Assembly: GCA_965243025.1 (NCBI GenBank)
Contig: CBDETY010000003.1
Coordinates: 4,384,001-4,448,000 of the forward strand
Origin: Candidatus Latescibacterota bacterium
GTDB lineage: Bacteria > Latescibacterota > UBA2968 > UBA8231
Direction of reading: 5' to 3'
Length of the DNA: 64,000 bases
Each line of letters begins with the position of its first letter. Within the stretch, counting starts at the first letter, position 1. The position numbers and the translations under genes were made by a program. The notes below the pieces were generated by a model. That model was given only the letters and a program-made list of their open reading frames with translations, searched no databases and was not told the origin of the DNA. Below are positions 55,560-64,000 of this stretch, piece after piece.

Positions 55560-56648
55560 ATGCGCACAAGCACCCTTGTTTCGCGTATCGCGACGACCGG
55601 CGGCGTCCTGCTGCTGGCGGCGGGAGCCTGGGCAGACGACCACGAGCTCCCCGCTCCGTCCGGAAATCCGGACATCATCTCGGCCGACGCCCGCATCGAG
55701 GTGGTCTTCGACGAGGCCCTCTTCACCGAGGGCCCGGCGGTGGCCCTGGACGGGTCGGTCTACTTCAGCGACATCACCTTTACAGGCGTCTCCGGCATGC
55801 AGGCCGGCCACATCTGGCGCCACGATCCCAGGACCGGAAAAACCGCCGTCTACCGCTCGCCGAGCGGCATGTCGAACGGCCTCAAGTTCGACGCCATGGG
55901 AAGGCTGATCGCCTGTGAAGGGGCCGACTTCGGCGGACGCCGGGTGACGCGCACCGACCTGGCCACCGGCAAGGCCGAGATCATCGCCGGCACCTACAAA
56001 GGCAAGAAGTTCAACGCCCCCAACGACGTCACCCTCGACGAGATGGGGCGGATCTACTTCAGCGATCCCCGCTACCTCGGGCACGAGTCCATGGAAATGG
56101 GGGTCTTCGCCGTCTACCGCATCGACACCGACGGTTCGATACACCGCATCATCACCGACGCCGGCAAACCGAACGGCGTCGCCGTGTCGCCTGACCAGAA
56201 GTCGCTCTACGTCGTCTCCAACGACAACGGCGCAACCGGACTGCCCCTTGCCGCGGCGGCACCCGGGAGCCTGACCCCCGAGGACCCCTTCTACAAAGGC
56301 AGAATGGCGCTGCTGGCCTACGACCTCGGCGAAGACGGGAGCGCCGCCTTCCGCGAGGTGCTGGTCGATTACTGGCCCGAAGACGGCCCCGACGGGCTGG
56401 TGTGCGACGTCAGGGGGAACCTATGGGTTGCGGTGCGCGACGCGAAGCGGCCGGGAATCGCCTGCTATTCCCCGAAGGGCGAGGAGCTCGCCTACATCCC
56501 GACGCCGATCCCGACCAACGTCGCCTTCGGCCGCGGCAAGACGGCGAAGACGCTCTACATGACCTACGGACTCGGCATGGACGGGCAGAAGTCCGTGCTG
56601 GCGAAGATCGAGGTCGAGGTCGAGGGATACCAGCTGCCGTCGCCGTAG
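55560..56648 (+). CDS. SMP-30/gluconolactonase family protein (secreted)
   Basis: FTEGP, YFSDI, SNGL, NAPND, KPNGVAVSPD, PDGL, PTNVAFG. Confidence 0.9.
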   Translation: MRTSTLVSRIATTGGVLLLAAGAWADDHELPAPSGNPDIISADARIEVVFDEALFTEGPAVALDGSVYFSDITFTGVSGMQAGHIWRHDPRTGKTAVYRSPSGMSNGLKFDAMGRLIACEGADFGGRRVTRTDLATGKAEIIAGTYKGKKFNAPNDVTLDEMGRIYFSDPRYLGHESMEMGVFAVYRIDTDGSIHRIITDAGKPNGVAVSPDQKSLYVVSNDNGATGLPLAAAAPGSLTPEDPFYKGRMALLAYDLGEDGSAAFREVLVDYWPEDGPDGLVCDVRGNLWVAVRDAKRPGIACYSPKGEELAYIPTPIPTNVAFGRGKTAKTLYMTYGLGMDGQKSVLAKIEVEVEGYQLPSP

Positions 56649-56818
56649 CGGCTGGAATTACCGCCGGGGCAAAGGCGCCGGTTTCGGGCGCCTGCTGCCT
56701 TCGGCGGTCCGACCGGATCCTTCCTTCACTGAAGAATTCCCCACTCCAAATACCTTCGTTGACTCAGGGTCCCGGATCGCGCCAGGACGGACCGCCCCTT
56801 CGCGAAGACGGAAGACGG

Positions 56819-58147
56819 GTGGAACAGGACCTGAAGATCGAAAGCGTGCTCGGCAGCGCCGCGGTGATCGGCGCCGGCGGCAAGATGGGCAGCGGCATCG
56901 CCCTGCTCGCCGCCGAACTCATGGCCGGGCTGGAGATCGACGGGCAGCGGACAGGCCGGCTGATCCTGATCGACAGCCGGCCCCGGTCGATCGGGCCCCT
57001 GCGGGCCTACCTCGAAAGACACCTCCTGCGGCGAGCCCGGCGCCGCCTCCGGGACGAACGGGAGGCCCGGAGTTTCAGCGACCGCGCCATGGCCCTGGTG
57101 TCGACCGCCACCGGGCTCGAGGCGGCGCGGGACTGCGACCTGCTGTTCGAAGCGGTGCCGGAGTCGGAAGACCTCAAGACCGGCCTGCTGCGGCGGCTGC
57201 GGGAGATCTGTCCGCCGGAAGCGCTGTTCCTGTCCAACACCTCCTCCATCCCGATCCGCCTGCTCGACGAGGCCGCCGGGCTCGACGGCCGCCTCGTCGG
57301 CTTTCACTTCTACAACCCGCCGGCGGTCCAGAAGCTCCTCGAGCTCATTCCGTCCGGAGGAACCCGTCCCGGGCTCGTCCGCCTTGCCGAAGAACTCGCC
57401 CGCCGGTTCGGCAAGACGGTGGTGCGCTCGCGGGACGCCGCCGGCTTCATCGGCAACGGCCACTTCGTTCGCGAGGGGCTGTACGCGGCCGCCTGCGTCG
57501 ACCGCCTGCGGGACGAACTCGGCGAGCCGGAGGCGATCTACGCCTTGAACGCGGTCAGCGAAACCGGCCTGTTGCGTCCGATGGGGATCTTCCAGGTCAT
57601 CGACTACGCCGGCATCGACGTCTTCGCCGCGATACTCGAGGTGATGGAGCGCTGCATCGAGGGGGAGTCGTTCCCGGCCGAACTGTTTGCGCGCATGGTT
57701 GCCGAAGGCAGGCCGGGGGGCCAGCGCGGGGACGGCAGCCAGAAGGACGGGTTTTTCCAGTACGACGGACGCCGCCGCGCCGGGGTCTACGACTGCGCGG
57801 CCCGGAGTTACCGCCCTCTCGAAGAGGGAAGACTGCCCGCGGTCGACGCCGCTCTCGGAGCGCTGGCGGAACCTGGCACCAACTGGAGCGAGGTTCGCGC
57901 GGCCGGCGACCCGGAGGCGCTGATCCGGGACCACTTCCAGCACCTGGCCAAAGCGGAAGGGAGGGGCGCCGGCATGGCCCTGGAGTACGCCGCCGAGTCG
58001 CGGAGGATCGCCTCCCGGCTGGTCGGCGACGGGGTGGCCGCTTCCGCGGAGGATGTCGACACCGTGGTCACCCACGGGTTCCACCACCTGTACGGACCCC
58101 TCGACGAGTCGCTGGCGCCGCTCCCGGACGACGGGGATAACCGATGA
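56819..58147 (+). CDS. 3-hydroxyacyl-CoA dehydrogenase family protein
   Basis: VIGAGGKMGSGIA, FEAVPE, SNTSSIPI, GFHFYNPP, AGFIGN; GTG start inferred. Confidence 0.85.
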   Translation: MEQDLKIESVLGSAAVIGAGGKMGSGIALLAAELMAGLEIDGQRTGRLILIDSRPRSIGPLRAYLERHLLRRARRRLRDEREARSFSDRAMALVSTATGLEAARDCDLLFEAVPESEDLKTGLLRRLREICPPEALFLSNTSSIPIRLLDEAAGLDGRLVGFHFYNPPAVQKLLELIPSGGTRPGLVRLAEELARRFGKTVVRSRDAAGFIGNGHFVREGLYAAACVDRLRDELGEPEAIYALNAVSETGLLRPMGIFQVIDYAGIDVFAAILEVMERCIEGESFPAELFARMVAEGRPGGQRGDGSQKDGFFQYDGRRRAGVYDCAARSYRPLEEGRLPAVDAALGALAEPGTNWSEVRAAGDPEALIRDHFQHLAKAEGRGAGMALEYAAESRRIASRLVGDGVAASAEDVDTVVTHGFHHLYGPLDESLAPLPDDGDNR

Positions 58148-58317
58148 AGGGCAGTTCGTGAGCCCCCATTTCCGGATCTCCCGCCGGCGCCACGGGGCGA
58201 AACCGGTGGGGAACCGGGATAAGCGTCCGCGAATTCACGAACGCCAGGGCCGGCCGCAGCCCGGATGGACTGTTTCAACCGGCTGTTGAGGCAGATAACC
58301 CGAACAGGAGCAGAAGG

Positions 58318-59865
58318 ATGACCGATCTCACATCGAAGGTTCCCAGGTTCACGTTCCCCGACACCCTCGCCGAGCAGGAGGCCGCCCTGGCCTCCAACCC
58401 GCTGATGCAGCGGCTGCTCGCCTCGCGCAAGACCTACGCCAGCGACCCCCACCGGCCGCTCTACCACTACGTCAACCCCGAGGCGATGCTGAACGACCCG
58501 AACGGGCTCTGCCGCTGGCAGGACCGCTGGCACCTGTTCTACCAGGCCTACCCGCCGGAGGACACCCGCCAGCACTGGGGCCACGCCGTTTCCGACGACC
58601 TGATTCACTGGCGCGACCTTCCCTACTGCATCTACCCCGATCCGGAGGAGAGGTGCTTCTCGGGGGCGACCCTGGTCGAGGAGGACCGCGTCATCGCCAT
58701 CTACCACGGCACGAAGGTCGGCAACATGGTCGCGGTGGCCAGCGATCCGCTGCTGCTCAACTGGGAGAAGGTGGCCAATAAAGCGGTGATCCCGATACGG
58801 GCCCCCGACGGCTCCGAGCTGCCGTACAGGGTGTTCGACCCCTGTATCTGGAAAAAGGACGGCGCCTACTACTCGCTGTCGGCCGGAAGGAAGCCGGAGG
58901 GACCCGCGGGAAAACCGGTGCGCGCCAACTTCCTGCTGCGTTCCGACGACCTCGAGCACTGGGAGTACCTGCACCCGTTCGTCGAGGACGACGCTTTCAC
59001 CCTCGTCGGCGACGACGGCGCCTGCCCGTACTTCTGGCCGATCGGCGACCGCCACATCCTCCTCTTCTTCAGCCACATGAGCGGCGGCCAGTACCTGCTC
59101 GGCGACTACGACCGCGAGAGGGACAAGTTCGTCGTCACCCACGGCCAGAAGTTCAACTTCGGAGCCGCCTCCCCTTCCGGGCTGCACGCGCCGTCGGCCA
59201 CGCCTGACGAAAACGGGGACGTGATCGTCATCTTCAACATGAATCCGGGCAAGCCGACGGAGGGCTGGGATCAGATCATGACGCTGCCGAGGCGGCTGTC
59301 CGTCGACGGCGACGATCTCTCGATGGTCCCGGCCGGCGGCATCGAGTCGGTGCGCGGGTCCCACGAGCGCATCGAGGACATGAGCCTGCCGGCCAACCGG
59401 GAAGTCGTGCTCGACGCGGTGGCGGGAAACGCGCTGGAAATCATCGCGGAAATCGATCCGCGCGAGTCCCCCATGGTCGAGCTGAACCTGCTGCGCTCAC
59501 CGGACCGCGAGGAGTTCACGCGCGTCGCCTTCTACAAGGAGCGCGGCTTCTCCCAGCGGGTTTTCGGCACTGACGCCCGGCAGAGCCTTTTGACCATCGA
59601 TACCTCCTATTCCTCGACCGCCCCCGACGTGCTCTCCCGGGCCCCCGAAACCGCCCCGGTGCTGCTCGGCGAAGGGGAGCTTCTCGAGCTGCGGGTGTTC
59701 GTCGACCGCAGCGTGGTCGAGGTCTTCGCCAACGGCAGGCAGTGCCTGGCGGTGCGCGTCTATCCGGACCGCGCCGACAGCACCGGGGTTTCTCTGCGCG
59801 CCCAGGGGAGCGGGGCCCGGCTCAGGTCGCTCGACGCCTGGCAGATGAACTCGATCTGGGAGTGA
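58318..59865 (+). CDS. GH32-family glycoside hydrolase (atypical catalytic motifs)
   Basis: HRPLYH, NDPNG, WGHAVS, FSGA, FDP, ACP, FVDRSVVEVF. Confidence 0.85.
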   Translation: MTDLTSKVPRFTFPDTLAEQEAALASNPLMQRLLASRKTYASDPHRPLYHYVNPEAMLNDPNGLCRWQDRWHLFYQAYPPEDTRQHWGHAVSDDLIHWRDLPYCIYPDPEERCFSGATLVEEDRVIAIYHGTKVGNMVAVASDPLLLNWEKVANKAVIPIRAPDGSELPYRVFDPCIWKKDGAYYSLSAGRKPEGPAGKPVRANFLLRSDDLEHWEYLHPFVEDDAFTLVGDDGACPYFWPIGDRHILLFFSHMSGGQYLLGDYDRERDKFVVTHGQKFNFGAASPSGLHAPSATPDENGDVIVIFNMNPGKPTEGWDQIMTLPRRLSVDGDDLSMVPAGGIESVRGSHERIEDMSLPANREVVLDAVAGNALEIIAEIDPRESPMVELNLLRSPDREEFTRVAFYKERGFSQRVFGTDARQSLLTIDTSYSSTAPDVLSRAPETAPVLLGEGELLELRVFVDRSVVEVFANGRQCLAVRVYPDRADSTGVSLRAQGSGARLRSLDAWQMNSIWE

Positions 59866-59979
59866 CGGCTGCAGGATGGCGGGCTGCCGGGCTGCCGGGG
59901 GCACCTCGTACATTTGTCATATCCGCTTCATTCACCGCTCGCCGCCGAAACTTTCTGCGCATGACACCCGGAGAAAACC

Positions 59980-60552
59980 ATGATTCGAGCTTCGCTGACC
60001 ATTCCGTTGCCGCTCGCCCTGGCGGCGCTGGTTTCCTTCTCGACAGCACACAGGGCGGCCGCCGACGGACATCTCCTCGCCGCCGCCGAGGTAGTGGACC
60101 GGGAGACCCTGAAAGACTTCGTGCTCGGAGCGAAGGGCCTCGTGGAATCCGCCGGAAACGAGGAGGAACTGGAGACCGTCCTGGAGGAGCTCAGGACCGA
60201 CAAGTGGAAAGAGGGATCGATCTACATCTTCATCACCGGCTACGACGGCACCAGCTTCTTTCACGGCGCCGTGCCGGCGCGCGAGGGCACCAACAACATC
60301 GACCAGGAGGACAGCAACGGGGTCATGGTCGTGCAGGAGCTGATCGCCGCGGCAAAATCCGGAGGAGGGTTCGTCGAGTACCTCTGGGACAACCCGGCGA
60401 TAGAAGGAGCGGACGAATCCCCCAAGGTCAGCTACGCCGCTCCCGTCGAGATCCTGGGGGAGAGCTACTATATCGGCGCGGGGTTGTATCCATCCGCGGA
60501 AGGAACCAGCGTCGCCCCCAGCTCCTGGGGCCGGTTGAAAGAGGGGCTCTGA
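59980..60552 (+). CDS. Secreted stand-alone Cache (sCache_2-like) protein with C-terminal SWGRLK motif
   Basis: Signal peptide; YIFI, DSNGVMVVQELI, GGGFVEYLWDNP, KVSYA, IGAGLY; TSVAPSSWGRLKEGL. Confidence 0.82.
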   Translation: MIRASLTIPLPLALAALVSFSTAHRAAADGHLLAAAEVVDRETLKDFVLGAKGLVESAGNEEELETVLEELRTDKWKEGSIYIFITGYDGTSFFHGAVPAREGTNNIDQEDSNGVMVVQELIAAAKSGGGFVEYLWDNPAIEGADESPKVSYAAPVEILGESYYIGAGLYPSAEGTSVAPSSWGRLKEGL

Positions 60553-60751
60553 AGTTCCGTCCCCGGCAGGGGAACCGTTGGCTTGGCGGCCGGGGCGAAA
60601 CGGGACAGCGACCTGGTTTCCGAAGGTCGATTTCTGATAGTCCGAGCTGCTCCGTGCGGATCCCCTGGAATGCCGCCTGTTGGCATCGAACGAGTTTTCC
60701 GGTGCCGGGCGAGGTTGAAGCCGCAGGTGTCGAGCTGATCTCCGAGCCCCC

Positions 60752-61816
60752 TCACCGGTCGAGCCAGGCGCGCACGATATCGATCACGAGGGCGACGTCG
60801 TCGCGAGCCCCTTCCAGCGAGGTGCGGCACTCGACTCCTTCCGTTACGCAGGCGTGGAAGTGGCGCAGCTCGCGCACGAAAGGGATCTCCCAGTCGACGA
60901 ACGGCTGGCGGCGAAAGGGACGGCCCTCGCCGTCGACGCCGCGGATTTCGAGCTGCGACGGTATGCCGCGCGAGAACCCGGTCGGGTACGACAGCACGGC
61001 GCCGCGGTCGTCGCTGTAGACTTCCAGGGTCTCGACGAACTCCTTGATCCCCGAAAGCTCCACCCAGGTCGCCGCGCAGCGGGCTCCCGAAGCGTAGGCG
61101 AGGACGGCCGTTACCCCGAAGCCCCCGTTCCAGACCTCGGTGCTCACCACCCGCTCCGGCTGCCCGAACAGGATCCGCAGGCCGTAGAGGTCGTGGATCA
61201 TGCTGCCGGCGAGGATGTAGAAGATCCGCCTCGCCTCCTCCGGGACCCCGCTTCCCAGGGCTTCGGCGACATCGTCGGCTCTTTTGGCCACCGCCGCAGG
61301 CGGCCGGCCCCCGCCCCGCCTGATGCCGAAGTGCGCCAGGTGGTGGCTGTTGTCGGTGTGCAGGTGGTTGACCTGGATGAAGCGAACCGGCCCCATCGAC
61401 TCGACCTCGCGCGCCAGCAGCTCGAAGGCGGGGTCGTGGGCCTTCATGTACCCCGCCTGGGCAACCACTCCGGCGCCGCGCGCCGCGGCGATCATGGCAT
61501 CGGCGTCGGACAGGGTGAAGCAGACCGGTTTCTCGATGAACAGGTGCTTTCCAGCCTCCAGGACCGCGAGGCAGGCCTCGGTCTTGGGGTCGCCGTGGCA
61601 CAGCAGCACGGCGTCGACGTCGGCGGCCAGCAACTCGCGGTAGTCGGTGACGTATCGGGGAACGTGGAACTGTCCCGCGACCGCCTCGGCGAGGTCGGGC
61701 GAGATGTCGCAGACCACCGGGACCTCGAACAGGTCCTTGAGCAGGGCGAGGTTGGGCAGGTGATGGACCTGCGCGATGGCGCCGCAGCCGACGACGCCGA
61801 TTCTGACGGCAGCCAT
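60752..61816 (-). CDS. Gfo/Idh/MocA family oxidoreductase
   Basis: IGVVGCGAIA, FIEKP, GYMK, MIHDLY. Confidence 0.88.
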   Translation of the reverse strand: MAAVRIGVVGCGAIAQVHHLPNLALLKDLFEVPVVCDISPDLAEAVAGQFHVPRYVTDYRELLAADVDAVLLCHGDPKTEACLAVLEAGKHLFIEKPVCFTLSDADAMIAAARGAGVVAQAGYMKAHDPAFELLAREVESMGPVRFIQVNHLHTDNSHHLAHFGIRRGGGRPPAAVAKRADDVAEALGSGVPEEARRIFYILAGSMIHDLYGLRILFGQPERVVSTEVWNGGFGVTAVLAYASGARCAATWVELSGIKEFVETLEVYSDDRGAVLSYPTGFSRGIPSQLEIRGVDGEGRPFRRQPFVDWEIPFVRELRHFHACVTEGVECRTSLEGARDDVALVIDIVRAWLDR

Positions 61817-61822
61817 GTTCCC

Positions 61823-62476
61823 TCACTCTCCGTCGAAGCGGCTGATGCGCGGGGCCGCCGTGTTCCACAGGTCGCCGAGCGCGAAGATCTCCTTGTATCC
61901 CCGGTACACCCCCTCCCACAGCTGATTGCGAAGCTCTTGGACCTTGTCCCAGTCGCCCGCAGCCAGGGCGGCTTTGAGTTCGCCGGCCGCCTCGGCCTGT
62001 CGGTCTGCGGCGGCGCGCGCGGTTCGCGCGAATTCCGCCGAAGCGGCGACGAAGCCGTCGACCAGGTCTGGCGCCGGGGTGGCGGAGTCGGTTTCGACCT
62101 CGTACGAGCTGCTGGGGGCAAACCGCAGCGGATGCCGGCTGCCGTCGTCGTCGCGGTACGTGTGTGTCGGCTGGATATGGGGCGTCACAGACAGGTACAT
62201 GATCACCGGCTCGTCGCCGACGACGCGGATCCTGTGCGGCTCGTCTGTCAGGGCGATGCACAGCTGCCCCGGTCCCAGCACCGCGGTTTCCCCGGAGATG
62301 TGGAACTCGCAGCGCCCCTGCATGATCAGGAAGATCTCGTGGCCCAGGTCGTGGCTGTGCTGCACCGTCTGCACGGTTCCCGGCTCCGCCTTCATGAAAC
62401 GGCAGCGGATCTCGGGACGCACCAGCATCTGGCAGACGTGCTCGTCGTTGCGGAAGTCGTACACCTTCAGGGACAT
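61823..62476 (-). CDS. Cupin domain protein
   Basis: HSHDLGHEIF and EPH cupin motifs; GGAG RBS before MSLKVYDF. Confidence 0.82.
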   Translation of the reverse strand: MSLKVYDFRNDEHVCQMLVRPEIRCRFMKAEPGTVQTVQHSHDLGHEIFLIMQGRCEFHISGETAVLGPGQLCIALTDEPHRIRVVGDEPVIMYLSVTPHIQPTHTYRDDDGSRHPLRFAPSSSYEVETDSATPAPDLVDGFVAASAEFARTARAAADRQAEAAGELKAALAAGDWDKVQELRNQLWEGVYRGYKEIFALGDLWNTAAPRISRFDGE

Positions 62477-62612
62477 GTGGGTTTCTCCTGGGGGGCAGCT
62501 AAAAAGACAGGGCGGTACCTGCCGGAAATGGGACCATTGGCCGTACTTACCTCTTGCGGTGAAGCGCACTACTCGCACGGGCGCCTCCTGTATTCATCCC
62601 GGGTCAATCTGG

Positions 62613-64000
62613 TCAATCCCCGTCGAGGTAGTCCATGCCGCTCAGCAGCGGCCACCGGTAGCGGTCGGGGGGCTGCACCCGCCTCGCCCAGGCTCCCAGG
62701 ATTTTCTGGTCTTCCCGCAGCGCCGCCATGCGGGCCATCACCCACTCCGGGTCCCAGTCCCGGAGCAGCTGGTCGAGCAGCTCGTCGCGGACCGGCGCGC
62801 AACCTGAGTCGGCCGCGAGGTCGTTCGTTTCGCGCGGGTCCTCGGCGAGGTTGAAAAGCTGGCAGGGCATGCCGTGGTAGTAGTTGAGCTTCCAATCCCC
62901 CCGGCGGATCATGCGCTGGAACACCCCGTGCTCGGCAAACGGCCCCCCGGAGCCGGCGGCGTCGAGGCAGAACTCCGAGTAGGCGACGTCTTCCCAGGGA
63001 GCGCCTGGATCGCGCAGCAGTTCCAGCATGCTGCGTCCCCTTGAATGGGGCAGCGGCGTAGCCCCGAGGGCATCGAGCATGGTGGCGTTGAGGTCGAGCG
63101 AGCTGACGACGCGGCCGCAGCGCTCTCCCTGCGGCAGGCCGCCCGGCCAGGACAGTACGGCCGGGACCTTCACCGAGTCCTCGTAGAAGGTCTGTTTCCA
63201 CCACAGGCCGTGCTCGCCGGCCTGCTCGCCGTGGTCGGAGGTGTAGAGGATCAGGGTGTTGCGGTCGAGGTCGTTGCGGCGCAGGGCCTCGAGGATCTCG
63301 CCGATCATCGCGTCCATCCGCGTCACCAGCGCCCAGTACGCCGTGCGCGCCCGGAGTACCTCCTCGTCGGGAACCTCGACGGTGCCGGTAGCCTGCCGCC
63401 AGCGGGCGATGTGCGGGTGCAGGTCGCCGCCGAACGGCTCGGGAGTGCGCGCCATCGTCATCCGCCCCTCGTACAGCTCGTAATCCTCGCGGCGCGCCGC
63501 GAACGGCTGGTGCGGCAGCATGAACCCGACCGACATCGAGAACGGGGAGCTGTCCACCCCGGCGCGTCTCTTCACTCCAATGCGGTTGAGGCAGTCGACC
63601 GCCGCTGCCGTGACGTCTTCATCGTGGACCTGGTAGGAGCTCTGGCCCGGACCCGAGTTGGTCAGACTGATGCGGGCCGGGCCGGCGCAGCCCTGGAGGT
63701 CGCCGCGGTCGGCCCCGCCGTTCCCCCCGGGGTGATTGGGGCCGTGGTCTCCCACGAGGCGCTCGGCGTAGCCGTGAAGCTGATCCGGCCCCAGGGCATG
63801 CATGCGCCCGATCAGAACCGGGCGGTACCCCGACGCGCCCATGGCGTGGGCGAGCGTCGGTATCGCCGAACTGAGGATGTGGCTGTTGGTCCAGACCTGG
63901 TTTTCGAAAGGATGCCTGCCGCTGAGCATCGACATCCGCGACGGCACGCAGATCGGCGACGGGCAGTACGCGTTCTCGAGCAGGACCCCTTCCGCGGCGA
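62613..64000 (-). CDS. Sulfatase (choline-sulfatase-like), 5' end beyond the window
   Basis: ENAYCPSPICVPSRMSMLSG, GRMH, PHQP, TSDHG, WWKQTFYE. Confidence 0.88.
   Translation of the reverse strand, partial: AAEGVLLENAYCPSPICVPSRMSMLSGRHPFENQVWTNSHILSSAIPTLAHAMGASGYRPVLIGRMHALGPDQLHGYAERLVGDHGPNHPGGNGGADRGDLQGCAGPARISLTNSGPGQSSYQVHDEDVTAAAVDCLNRIGVKRRAGVDSSPFSMSVGFMLPHQPFAARREDYELYEGRMTMARTPEPFGGDLHPHIARWRQATGTVEVPDEEVLRARTAYWALVTRMDAMIGEILEALRRNDLDRNTLILYTSDHGEQAGEHGLWWKQTFYEDSVKVPAVLSWPGGLPQGERCGRVVSSLDLNATMLDALGATPLPHSRGRSMLELLRDPGAPWEDVAYSEFCLDAAGSGGPFAEHGVFQRMIRRGDWKLNYYHGMPCQLFNLAEDPRETNDLAADSGCAPVRDELLDQLLRDWDPEWVMARMAALREDQKILGAWARRVQPPDRYRWPLLSGMDYLDGD

Overview
GC-rich bacterial chromosome segment. 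Many secreted proteins end in FlgD-Ig/T9SS-like C-terminal domains or an S-W-G-x-L-K tail, and sulfatases, enolase-family dehydratases and Gfo/Idh/MocA enzymes are abundant. This resembles FCB-related candidate phyla such as Ca. Latescibacterota (inference, not checked). The backbone is housekeeping and carbohydrate/sulfate catabolism (purL, moaB, cstA, uxuA-like, GH32, sulfatases, peptidases, an MrfA-like helicase). Three lower-GC accessory patches interrupt it. (1) About 6.1-7.8 kb: a coupled hypothetical + PIN-domain gene pair next to a frameshifted gene remnant. (2) About 16.3-24.8 kb: a direct-repeat array with two ~1.63-kb copies of a secreted beta-propeller gene, each headed by an IS91/ISCR-like transposase C-terminal remnant. 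They flank a ~1160-codon secreted mosaic gene split by one amber codon, and a third decayed copy follows. (3) About 28.5-33 kb: a BlaI/BlaR1-like pair with novel 41-aa repeats and two clear operators, plus a single-ORF fusion of DUF5131 (radical-SAM-like) with a TcmP-type methyltransferase. Local tandem expansions recur (PurL insertion, repeated gene 3' ends at 13.6 and 36.3 kb, a hendecad protein). No rRNA, tRNA, CRISPR array or intact transposase/integrase was seen. All family assignments come from motif recognition by eye; no database searches were run.
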